Of a stretch of DNA of 64,000 bases, positions 9,275 through 18,094 are shown one piece after another. A program made the position numbers and the translations under genes. Source of the DNA: Candidatus Nomurabacteria bacterium (GTDB taxonomy: Bacteria > Patescibacteriota > Minisyncoccia > Phycocordibacterales > UBA918); the NCBI GenBank assembly GCA_020632075.1, contig JACKGH010000001.1:665778-729777 (forward strand), read 5' to 3'. Within the stretch, counting starts at the first letter, position 1; each line of letters starts with the position of its first letter. Under the pieces are notes generated by a model. That model did no database searches. It was not told the DNA's origin and saw nothing but the letters and a program-made list of their open reading frames with translations.

Positions 9275-10666
9275 CTACTTCAGTTTTTCTACCAGATCAG
9301 CAATCGCGACTCGCTCCTGCTCGCCCGTATCACGATCACGCACCGTCACGGTATCTTTAAGTGCTGGATCTTCTTCACCAAGCGACTCAAAGTCGATCAC
9401 AATACAATGCGGTGTACCGATCTCATCCTGTCGACGATAGCGCTTCCCGACATTTCCATTGTCGTCCCAAGCCACGTTACCAAATTCCTTCTTCAGCATC
9501 GTAAATACCTCACGCGCCTTTTCTACCAGCTGCGGCTTGTTCTTAAGGAGTGGTGAGACCGCGACGCGGTATGGTGCCAAGTGTGCCGACAACTTCAAAA
9601 AAGTGCGCACTTCACCTCCCATTTCGTCTTCAGTGTATGCTTCACAGAGCACCGCAGTCAGCGCACGCCCTACACCAAACGACGGCTCGAGTACATGCGG
9701 AATAAAACGAGATCCGTCTGGCTCAATATACTCCATCGACACCCCACTTGCTTCCATATGGTTCTTGAGGTCATGATCGGTGCGATATGCAAACCCAGCG
9801 AGTTCATCAAAACCTTTGCCTGGGTAATTGTATTCAAAGTCGATGGTACGCTTTGAATAGTGCGCTAGATCATTTTCTGGCACATCGTACTCGCGAATGT
9901 TTTCGTCAGCTAGACCGATATGACGATGCCAGGCTTGAATATCGAGACGGAGCTTCTCAAACAACTCTTGCCACTCCTCTTCTTTTACAAAATACTCAAT
10001 CTCCATCTGCTCAAACTCCCGCACTCGGAAAAGGAATTCACGCGGCGCAATCTCATTGCGAAATGCCTTACCGATCTGCGCGATGCCAAACGGCATCTTT
10101 GGCGCCATTGAGTCGACGACATTTTTGAAATTCACGAAGATACCCTGCGCAGTCTCGGGACGGAGATATACTTTACCCTCATCACCCGCAGTTGCACCAA
10201 CGCGAGACTCAAACATCATATTGAAATTACGTGCTTTTGAGAGCGCGTTTCCCTTCGGACTCTTTACTCCATTTTCAGTAATAAGTGCATCGATCTCTTC
10301 GAGAGTCTTCCCTTCCGCATCAAGCCCACTGTCTTCAAGCAAGTGATCAGCTCGGAAACGCTCACCTGTTTCAATATCTTCTACGAGCGGATCGCAAAAA
10401 CCAGCTCCGGTATGACCTGATGCCTCCCAGACTTTGGCATTCATTAAAATTGCCGCATCGAGTCCGTACATATCTTCGCGATCATGCACAAACATTTTCC
10501 ACCACTCACGCTTGAGATTATTGTTGAGTGCAACACCAAGTGGACCAAGATCCCAAGTGCCTTTAAGGCCTCCATAGATCTCACTTCCCTGAAACACAAA
10601 ACCACGCCGCTTACACAGCGAAACGACTTTCTCCATTGTTTCTGCAGATTTTTCCATACAAGACAC
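9275..10666 (-). CDS. glyQS: Glycyl-tRNA synthetase (single-chain, class II)
   Basis: MEKVVSLCKRRGFVFQGSEIYGGL N-terminus and class II core motifs. Confidence 0.9.
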   Translation of the reverse strand: MSCMEKSAETMEKVVSLCKRRGFVFQGSEIYGGLKGTWDLGPLGVALNNNLKREWWKMFVHDREDMYGLDAAILMNAKVWEASGHTGAGFCDPLVEDIETGERFRADHLLEDSGLDAEGKTLEEIDALITENGVKSPKGNALSKARNFNMMFESRVGATAGDEGKVYLRPETAQGIFVNFKNVVDSMAPKMPFGIAQIGKAFRNEIAPREFLFRVREFEQMEIEYFVKEEEWQELFEKLRLDIQAWHRHIGLADENIREYDVPENDLAHYSKRTIDFEYNYPGKGFDELAGFAYRTDHDLKNHMEASGVSMEYIEPDGSRFIPHVLEPSFGVGRALTAVLCEAYTEDEMGGEVRTFLKLSAHLAPYRVAVSPLLKNKPQLVEKAREVFTMLKKEFGNVAWDDNGNVGKRYRRQDEIGTPHCIVIDFESLGEEDPALKDTVTVRDRDTGEQERVAIADLVEKLK

Positions 10667-10671
10667 TTTGC

Positions 10672-12627
10672 TTACTGAACAACCTCACCGTTGTCATCTT
10701 GGTAACCCATCTCTGATGAGAGTTCTGTTGTAACAGCTCTCACACTATCTTGCAAGAGGGCGCCCGTAAAGCGATCATTGGCTTTGATACTCTGCTCGTT
10801 TATCAAAATTGGCTTCTGACCAACTTGTGAGATACTTGGTCGAATACTCACCTGGAACAGTAGTTCTTTCCGCTCACCTGCTTTGATATCTCCAATGTTC
10901 CATTGCAATTCCTTCGACACGTTGTTGTACGTCACGATACCCGGCGCATCATATTGATCCAACCAGTTCACGTACACTGGCAGACTTGTCTTCACGATCG
11001 CGTTTGCTAGGTCATTTGCACCGCCTTCAGCAACTAACGCAACAGTGTATGTCGTGGTCTCCCCAACCGTTGGAGGGATCGGACCGCTGTCACCAAACCG
11101 ACCAACATTTCGACCAACTTGCGAGCCAAGCGTAACGCTCGAGGAGTATTTTGCTTCAGCCCGCGAAGTACCGATCAGTGTTTCCTGAGCGCTTGTCTCA
11201 GCCACTCGTCGTGCATAGACATTGACCCTAAGATCAAACGACGCGGTTGAACGTTGTTCTCCAGGTGCAACAGTGAAATGCAGTTGGCGTGTATCACCTG
11301 GCAAAACCTCCTCAAACGAGTCGTTGTTTGACACTTCCCAGCGGACCGTCCCGGTATTGGAATCATAGAAACCTAACGTACTCTCGATCGAATTCTGATC
11401 AAGTGCATTTCCACTTGGCACCACCTCAACCGTCAGGTCGTACACCGTTTCGTCTAGAGTGTTTTTAATACTAACATCTACCGTCGATACATATCCTTCA
11501 GCAATGATCACTTCCCGATCCTTACGTCCGTTGATTGCCACCCCAACATCGATAAACGGGCGCTCGATCTGGAATTCGGTCGAAACTTCAGCCAGATTCG
11601 CACCAACTAAGTACTGATTATCAGGGTTGGCTGGACCAGCATCAAAATTGATCAGCAAGGTCTCTTCGGTCAAACCAGTCACCACTCCCTCAAGTTTGAT
11701 GGTGAATTCTTCTTCAGAATCGAGTCGATCGATCCGCCAGACATTCTCGCCGTAGATCGGAGCTGGATCAGCAGATTCGTAGACAAACCCATTTGGATAC
11801 TGTGCAGTGACCAAAATATTCTCAAGTGGCGTCGACGCGTTCGAAACGGCAGTCAGCGTCACATCGACCAACTGGCCAGAGGCAACCTTCTCAACACTGT
11901 CAACTCGCAATACCAAAGGCGAAGAGCTGATGCGGAGCGTAAATGGATCAGCATCCTTGTAAAACATACCGTTTGAACCGTTGATGCGATATTCAACTGT
12001 TGCCTCGATCACTTTCTCATCATTCTCCTCACCAAAGATCGCTACTTTCACCGGAATATTCTGTACTTCCCCTGGGTAAACATCATTGATCGCGATACGT
12101 TCTTCAAAGAGATTACGTGGGGAGTCTCCAACGGAGCGAGTACCAACTGGATATTTCAAAATAAGGGTTGCAGACTCAATTGCTACAGAGTTTAGGTTGG
12201 TAACTGCGATCTCAAGCGGTAGCACCTCTCCACCACCCAAAAGTGGCTGTCCATCTATTGTCAATTGGATATTGTCGTTTGAGATCTGATTCCCGCCAAG
12301 CAGCACCCAAAGACTGGAAAGGCCAGCCACAATGATGAAGATCAAAAAGCTCATCCCCAGCACAAATGCACGATAGCGACGTCGTGGCTTAGGCAGCACT
12401 GGCTCTTCCATATCTACCGGAGCAGCTGGAGCAGTGGTCTTATCAACCCCCTCACGAAGATCGGTTGTGTGCGGTCGCTCTGGGCGAGTAACGTCCCAGC
12501 TCTGCGAGACTTCGACTTTTTCATCAGTCAATTGATGTCGCGAAACTTGCTCCGCAGCTACATCACGCTGATACAGACGCTGTCGCATGTTCTCGATCTG
12601 TTCCTCAGTGTGCAAAGGTTTCTTCAT
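10672..12627 (-). CDS. Large membrane-anchored extracellular protein (hypothetical)
   Basis: N-terminal TM helix after a charged region; 650 aa of beta-rich repeats with no recognisable catalytic motif. Confidence 0.6.
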   Translation of the reverse strand: MKKPLHTEEQIENMRQRLYQRDVAAEQVSRHQLTDEKVEVSQSWDVTRPERPHTTDLREGVDKTTAPAAPVDMEEPVLPKPRRRYRAFVLGMSFLIFIIVAGLSSLWVLLGGNQISNDNIQLTIDGQPLLGGGEVLPLEIAVTNLNSVAIESATLILKYPVGTRSVGDSPRNLFEERIAINDVYPGEVQNIPVKVAIFGEENDEKVIEATVEYRINGSNGMFYKDADPFTLRISSSPLVLRVDSVEKVASGQLVDVTLTAVSNASTPLENILVTAQYPNGFVYESADPAPIYGENVWRIDRLDSEEEFTIKLEGVVTGLTEETLLINFDAGPANPDNQYLVGANLAEVSTEFQIERPFIDVGVAINGRKDREVIIAEGYVSTVDVSIKNTLDETVYDLTVEVVPSGNALDQNSIESTLGFYDSNTGTVRWEVSNNDSFEEVLPGDTRQLHFTVAPGEQRSTASFDLRVNVYARRVAETSAQETLIGTSRAEAKYSSSVTLGSQVGRNVGRFGDSGPIPPTVGETTTYTVALVAEGGANDLANAIVKTSLPVYVNWLDQYDAPGIVTYNNVSKELQWNIGDIKAGERKELLFQVSIRPSISQVGQKPILINEQSIKANDRFTGALLQDSVRAVTTELSSEMGYQDDNGEVVQ

Positions 12628-12648
12628 AGTGTCTAGTATACCACCGCC

Positions 12649-13224
12649 CTAGAGATGACTCACTGAAACGGCCTGGGTATATAACCGCTCAATTGCACGG
12701 TGCGTTACATCGTCGTGCTGAGCAGATAGTTCACTGATCGATGTGGTACGAATAGATTCTGGGATGCTTTTTTCATCAACATACCCAAGCGCTGCCAAGA
12801 TGCGCACCTGGACAACCATTTGCACGAATGCTCGCTGTTCAAGCGGTCCAGCAAGGACTTCAAGGGCACTGATCACTAGTGCATAGAGCTCTGGATCGGT
12901 TCCTTCTCCGTGCAAAAAGCGACGCAGTAGCCGCACCACACTAACCACGCTCCCGCGCGCGGACTTATCAGTCGCAGAGTGGTAGAAATTCCGCCCCGGT
13001 TCGATACTGCCGATCTTCCAGCCCGCCTTCCCCTTCACGAGTGACACGCGCAAGAGCGAAAAGTCCTGGAGCGCGTACCGCTGCCGCGAGCGTTCTTCCC
13101 GAACACTACGCGCGTCAGCGTACAGCATCCCCGCGTCACGAGTGAATAGCAAATAACTACGATCAGCCGTATTGCGGTCTTTCGTCCCGCACACGAGTGC
13201 TTCAGTGGTGTAGGTTTCGTAGGC
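12649..13224 (-). CDS. recO: DNA repair protein RecO (short form)
   Basis: N-terminal OB-fold pattern (EALVCGTKDRNTADRSYLLFTRDAGML...ARSVRE) and length/architecture typical of compact RecO. Confidence 0.6.
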   Translation of the reverse strand, partial: AYETYTTEALVCGTKDRNTADRSYLLFTRDAGMLYADARSVREERSRQRYALQDFSLLRVSLVKGKAGWKIGSIEPGRNFYHSATDKSARGSVVSVVRLLRRFLHGEGTDPELYALVISALEVLAGPLEQRAFVQMVVQVRILAALGYVDEKSIPESIRTTSISELSAQHDDVTHRAIERLYTQAVSVSHL

Positions 13225-13454
13225 CATAAAATATAACACAATCTGAGTCTCCTAGACCGAAACACTGCCAGAGGCTCAACGTCCTCGCTCCAAGTATCGT
13301 CGCTGCGGATGTTTCGCTACTGGCAGTGCTCAGTCTAGACCCACAAGGATAGAGTTGGGATTGTGTCGGCACTCAGCGAGTAGGGACTATGCGCGGGAGG
13401 GTTTGGCTGGGGCGCGCAAGGAGCGTGTGAGTCGAGTGCCGACCAATTACGACT

Positions 13455-13755
13455 CTATTCTTTTTGAATCTGGAAACTAAACACATAGTCTCCAGCCTTC
13501 ACCTCTTCTCCTTCCGCCTCTGCATACACAACTGCAGACGAGCCGACGGTTTTGGTGAGTAGCTCTTTGTTTGCGTCGATTGCGGCTTGGCCAGCTTCGT
13601 CTGTCTGGATGGTAAGCTCGATCACATCCTTCTGGCGCAAGACCTTCGGTCTTGCGCCGTCCCTGCACCGCTCGCATCAGTTCGCGCACCGCACCTTCGG
13701 CGAGGAGTTCGGGGTAAGGGCTGTATCAAGTCGAACCCAGCCAGACTCTTTTTGT
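13455..13755 (-). pseudogene. ileS: Decayed 3' tail of ileS: conserved C-terminal motifs continue past two in-frame stops (TAG, TGA) and a +1 frameshift
   Basis: The frame continues as PELLAEGAVRELMRAVQGRRKTEGL, then the shifted frame reads KDVIELTIQTDEAG...; these motifs match the conserved IleRS C-terminal segment. Confidence 0.5.
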
Positions 13756-16700
13756 CTAAATTCGCATCGGCAGCACCTGTTTTACGTTTACCTCATCAGC
13801 AATAATACTAATCATTTCTGGTTGCTTCGGGATTTCGGTTTCCGGCAGATAAAGCGCTTGCATTGGTTGACGAACTTTAACTCCAGACTTTGTTCGCGCC
13901 TCAAGCGCCGAACTCACGATCGTTCGTACGGTAACCATCTGACTTAATAATTCTTCATCCACCTCTCTCCCTTCTGGCCACTTACCAAGATGCACACTTT
14001 CCGCATCGTTATCTTCTTTCACTGCCTGCCAGAGATACTCGGCGTAGAATGGCATGGCTGGTGCCATCACGAGCGCGAGCGTACGGAGCGTGTAGCGGAG
14101 TGTCGCGAGCGCTCGGGTTTTGTCTTCAGTATCTTCGCCCTTTAGCCTGTCACGACTGCGTCGCAAGTACCACACTGAAAGATCATCAATAAAATCCGTG
14201 ATCGGCCGAGTCGCCTTATCAAGCTCGTAGCTCTTGTAGCCAGCGGTTGATTCAGCGATCAGCTGATTAAGGCGGGCGACGATCCAGCGATCAAGTACAT
14301 GACTTGAATCGTCGCCCGCCTTCGTCCCATCCGCGAACATCTCATACATTGCGAGCACGTTATGCAAACGACCAATATTCTTTCGTTGTAGCTCAAGCAC
14401 CTCCTTCTCAGAGAAGTTGAGGTCTTCCGCGCGGATCACTGGTGACGAGAGCAAGTAGAAGCGCATCGCATCGATCCCCACTCGGTTCGCCAAATCCATC
14501 GGATCTGGATAGTTCTGAAGCGACTTTGACATCTTCTTGCCGTCTTCTGCGAGCACAAGACCATTTACGATCACCTGCTCGTACGGTGACTTATCAAACA
14601 ACGCCACACCCAAAACAAGCATCGAGTAGAACCAGCCCCGCGTTTGGTCGAGTCCTTCAGCGATAAACTGCGCTGGAAAATTCTCTTTCTCAAAAGAATC
14701 TGCACACGAGAACGGATAATGAAACTGCGCGTACGGCATTGAGCCACTCTCAAACCAACAGTCAAAGACGTCAGGAATTCGCTCCAGCTTCACACCATTC
14801 TCCGCGAGTACGTAATCATCGATGTACGGTCGATGGAAATCGAGCTCGTAGTGATCATTGTGCGGTAGCGGCGCGTATACTAGCTCACGCACTTCGGCAT
14901 TAGCATGATACGCCGCCTCATCCGCAAAGTAGGCTTCAGACTCCTTGAGACTAAGCCCCTTCACAAAACACTCCAAACCAAACAGCGGACCAGCATGACT
15001 CACGATCAAGATCTTCTTGCCAGCATACGTCTCTTCGAGTGATTCGATGAATGCACCCATGCGTACCTGCACATCTCGGCGATTTTCTGAGCCTTCAAGC
15101 TTCTTGGTGAAGCGATTTTCCCATGAGGTGAACTGCGCGTTGTAATCTTTCCACTTGCCACCTTCGTAATCATCACTAAGATCAAGTTCACGAATTCGAT
15201 CATCCTCAAGCACTTCAGCTTCTGGGAATGCAGCAGCAACGATCTCTGCTGTCTCTTTCGTACGCTGAAAACCAGAGTGAATGATGATATCGATCTCTTT
15301 CGGCAAATTTGCCATAGCGGCAGCAACCTGCTCCTTCCCTTCTTCGGTCAGACCATCGACATTTTCTTTGTTGCAGCTGATGATGTGCTTCACGTTGCTT
15401 TCAGCCAAGCCATGGCGCATCGTGAAGTAGGCATTGCCGCTCGTTGGTGCGAACTCCTGCATCTCCTTGAGCGAACCAAACACCTTCACCTCACTGGTCT
15501 CCGGATTCTTCCAGATCGGCAATGGTGCACCCCAATAGCGCTGGCGACTCACTGCCCAGTCGCGCGCACCTTCAAGCCACTTGCCGAAGCGGTTGGTGCC
15601 CACATGCGCCGGTACCCAGCCAACTTTTTCATTGGCTGCCACGAGCTTGTCTTTGATGCTCGGCACATCAACAAACCACGACGTGGTCGCATAGTTGAGA
15701 AGCGGCGTATCACAGCGCCAACAGTGCGGGTAGCTGTGGGTGATCTTTTCTTTGGCGAAGAGTCGTCCCTTGGCGGCCAGCGCCCGTATCACTTCGATGT
15801 CGGCATCCATATGGTTGATCTCCTGCTCCGGCGAATCCTTTGGCTTTACGAGCTGCCCGGCGAAGTCAGTGACGAAATCTTTAAAGTGTCCGCCTTCGTC
15901 GACATGATGAATAAGCGGCAAGCCGTGCTCCTGCCCGAGCTTCATATCGTCTTCACCGTAGGCTGGCGCGATGTGTACGATACCAGTTCCCTCTTCACCG
16001 ACTTCAACGAAGTCTGCGTGGAGCACGGTCCACGCGTTTGGCGCGTCTTCGGTGAGTTGTTCAGCCAGCCACGAGAATGGTGGTTCGACTTTTTTGTCGA
16101 GAAGTTTCGAACCTTTGATTACTTCTTCGACTTTCCATTTTTTACCACCGAAACCATACCAAACATCACCATTTTCAAAAGTGTGTAGTTCTCCTTTCTC
16201 TAATATGTCTTTTGCAAGAATCAAAAACTTCTCCTCTCCTTTACTAACAGGGAAAGGGTCTACACCTTGCTCATACTGTTTTAACCCCTTCCCCATTTCC
16301 ACAACCTTCACGTACTCAAACTCCTCATTCACCGCCAACGCCATATTCCCCGGCAATGTCCACGGAGTGGTCGTCCACGCGAGGAGTGATGTATCTGGCT
16401 CATCCACCAGCGGGAACTCCACAAACACTGAAATATCCTTGATGTCTTTGTAGCCCTGATTTACCTCAAAGTTCGACAACGTCGTCCCGCAACGCGGACA
16501 CAGGTGCATACTCTTGAAGCCTTCGAAGACCAGACCCTTCTCATGAAGCGACTTGAACACCCACCACACGCTCTCAGTGTAGGTGCTATCCATGGTCTTG
16601 TAGTCGTTTTCCATATCGACAAAGCGACCCATGCGTGGAATGACCTTATGCCAATCATCGGCATATTCCATCACCGACTCGCGCGCTGCTTCGTTGAAAT

Positions 16701-17088
16701 TCTTTATGCCGTACTCCTCGATATCACGCTTGGTCGCCAGACCAAGCTTCTTCTCGATCAAGTTCTCGACCGGCAAGCCGTGGCAGTCCCAGCCCCACTG
16801 CCGCCGTACATGGTAGCCCTGCATCGTCCAAAAACGCGGGATCGCGTCTTTCATGGTGCCAGCGAGAATGTGGCCGTAGTGTGGCAAGCCGGTCGCAAAC
16901 GGCGGCCCATCATAAAAAACGTAGTCGCCTTTTGGCGCGTCGCCCGCTGGCTTCTCTAGTGATTTATTAAAAATGTCGTGTTCCTGCCAAAACGCCAAGA
17001 TCGCTTCTTCGCGCTCGGCTACTTCAGATTTGGGAACGTCGACGACTTCAACTGAGTCGTTTTCACGACCGTGCATTTTAGTATTCAT
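13756..17088 (-). CDS. ileS: Isoleucyl-tRNA synthetase (type 2, eukaryote-like) carrying an inserted histidine-phosphatase domain
   Basis: DGPPFATGLPHYGH, WAVSRQRYWGAPLPIW, DVFDCWFESGSMP and KMSKS motifs; about 1110 aa from the MNTKMHG start. Confidence 0.9.
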   Translation of the reverse strand: MNTKMHGRENDSVEVVDVPKSEVAEREEAILAFWQEHDIFNKSLEKPAGDAPKGDYVFYDGPPFATGLPHYGHILAGTMKDAIPRFWTMQGYHVRRQWGWDCHGLPVENLIEKKLGLATKRDIEEYGIKNFNEAARESVMEYADDWHKVIPRMGRFVDMENDYKTMDSTYTESVWWVFKSLHEKGLVFEGFKSMHLCPRCGTTLSNFEVNQGYKDIKDISVFVEFPLVDEPDTSLLAWTTTPWTLPGNMALAVNEEFEYVKVVEMGKGLKQYEQGVDPFPVSKGEEKFLILAKDILEKGELHTFENGDVWYGFGGKKWKVEEVIKGSKLLDKKVEPPFSWLAEQLTEDAPNAWTVLHADFVEVGEEGTGIVHIAPAYGEDDMKLGQEHGLPLIHHVDEGGHFKDFVTDFAGQLVKPKDSPEQEINHMDADIEVIRALAAKGRLFAKEKITHSYPHCWRCDTPLLNYATTSWFVDVPSIKDKLVAANEKVGWVPAHVGTNRFGKWLEGARDWAVSRQRYWGAPLPIWKNPETSEVKVFGSLKEMQEFAPTSGNAYFTMRHGLAESNVKHIISCNKENVDGLTEEGKEQVAAAMANLPKEIDIIIHSGFQRTKETAEIVAAAFPEAEVLEDDRIRELDLSDDYEGGKWKDYNAQFTSWENRFTKKLEGSENRRDVQVRMGAFIESLEETYAGKKILIVSHAGPLFGLECFVKGLSLKESEAYFADEAAYHANAEVRELVYAPLPHNDHYELDFHRPYIDDYVLAENGVKLERIPDVFDCWFESGSMPYAQFHYPFSCADSFEKENFPAQFIAEGLDQTRGWFYSMLVLGVALFDKSPYEQVIVNGLVLAEDGKKMSKSLQNYPDPMDLANRVGIDAMRFYLLSSPVIRAEDLNFSEKEVLELQRKNIGRLHNVLAMYEMFADGTKAGDDSSHVLDRWIVARLNQLIAESTAGYKSYELDKATRPITDFIDDLSVWYLRRSRDRLKGEDTEDKTRALATLRYTLRTLALVMAPAMPFYAEYLWQAVKEDNDAESVHLGKWPEGREVDEELLSQMVTVRTIVSSALEARTKSGVKVRQPMQALYLPETEIPKQPEMISIIADEVNVKQVLPMRI
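14781..15438 (-). other. In-frame histidine phosphatase (phosphoglycerate-mutase family) domain inserted in IleRS between WGAPLPIW and DVFDCWF
   Basis: Carries the RHG-x4-N, SxxxRTxETA (62-like Arg) and VSHAG motifs of branch-1 histidine phosphatases; about 220 aa with no stops. Confidence 0.7.
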
Positions 17089-17119
17089 AGAATTGTAAGT
17101 TATGTGTATCAGACATAGT

Positions 17120-17160
17120 CTCGGTGGTGCGGCTGCCTTTGGCAGCCGCGCCACCGAGAC
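17120..17160. promoter_or_regulatory. 20-bp near-perfect palindrome in the ileS 5' leader
   Basis: gtctcggtggtgcggctgcc-ttt-ggcagccgcgccaccgagac lies about 35 nt upstream of the ileS ATG. Confidence 0.4.
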
Positions 17161-17210
17161 ACGCAACGTATCAGGCTGCTTTTTTATCCTATCACCTATT
17201 CGTATTTTGC

Positions 17211-17242
17211 AAAGACCAAAAAGAGCGCCGAAGCGCTCTATT
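17211..17242. terminator. Bidirectional terminator
   Basis: agagcgc-cgaa-gcgctct with flanking A/T tracts. Confidence 0.6.
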
Positions 17243-17260
17243 TTCTGTTGGCACAAACAA

Positions 17261-17478
17261 TCACTCGAAGTCCAAGTCACCAGCATAGTTACGGTCGCAT
17301 GGCACCGAACCAGCCTGAGGTTGTTGCTGGGGTTGCGGCTGTTGTGTTTGACGCAACCAGGGGACTTGTTGTTGCATCTGTTGGGGACCTTTACCGGTCG
17401 TGGGTAAAGTGTCCAAAAAGGTCTCCTTGATAAGAATCTGATTAGGATCAGTCTCTTCGTCAGTGACACTCTCGTTAG
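17261..17478 (-). CDS. Small Gln/Pro-rich hypothetical protein (72 aa)
   Basis: ORF between two terminators; low-complexity QQPQPQQQPQ run; the ORF-track N-terminal extension overlaps a terminator hairpin, so the start is placed at MTNESV. Confidence 0.35.
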
Positions 17479-17580
17479 TCATCTCTCTGTCCTCGTTTGT
17501 TTGAGTGGGTCTACGTTGTACTACCCTACCTGAAGTATCGAACGACACTGGAGGGTTCGCAAGTGTGCGCAGTGTACAAA

Positions 17581-17612
17581 ACAAAGGCCGGGCGCTTCGC
17601 GCCCGGCCTTTG
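17581..17612. terminator. Bidirectional terminator
   Basis: aaaggccgggcgc-ttc-gcgcccggccttt. Confidence 0.65.
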
Positions 17613-17634
17613 TTTGTGCACTTAATGAGTATCA

Positions 17635-18045
17635 TTACGCAGCTTCTTGCTGTGGAGCACTTTCCTCATCTTGTGCAGCCTTAGCTTCCATTGACCGTAC
17701 CAAATCTGGCGCGTCGATTCCTTCCATGCCAGCAGCTGGAGCGCTATCTGGCTCTAGAGTATGCCGGCCCTGCACAATATCCTCGTTACTATAGTCAGTC
17801 GGTTCGATACCAGGATCGCCCGCCCACTCATCAACCGATTCCATGTCCAAATCGCCGTCTGCCGGCCCTGACTTTCGTTCTGCTTGTAAAACAATATCTT
17901 TATTTGTGAACACCCGCCCTTGCTCTACACCAGCAGCAGGATCGTCTATTTGAAACGCGTCAGGGTTCGCGCCTGTTTCAGCTGCACGTCGAGCCAACTC
18001 ATCCTTTGATGGCAATTCAGGTCCCTTTTTTCCAAATCCAAACAT
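17635..18045 (-). CDS. Acidic, likely disordered hypothetical protein
   Basis: 136-aa ORF rich in D/E/P/A; stop/start overlap with the downstream ORF; no recognisable domain. Confidence 0.5.
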   Translation of the reverse strand: MFGFGKKGPELPSKDELARRAAETGANPDAFQIDDPAAGVEQGRVFTNKDIVLQAERKSGPADGDLDMESVDEWAGDPGIEPTDYSNEDIVQGRHTLEPDSAPAAGMEGIDAPDLVRSMEAKAAQDEESAPQQEAA

Positions 18046-18094
18046 ACAATATATATTACAAAAGTTTTAAACAGTTCTCCTATGATACCAAAAA

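Noticed and set aside
13756-13758. Possible alternative genetic code (UGA or UAG read through) to explain the in-frame stops in the ileS tail
   Set aside because: TGA terminates tatD at its expected length and ends the Ubl ORF. TAG ends glyA and efp at conserved C-termini. A +1 frameshift is also needed, so decay or assembly error fits better than recoding.
15277-16959. Long plus-strand ORFs (303 aa, 160 aa, 151 aa) inside the ileS region
   Set aside because: They lie antisense to a strongly conserved aaRS reading frame and are low-complexity with no motifs. They are typical shadow ORFs.
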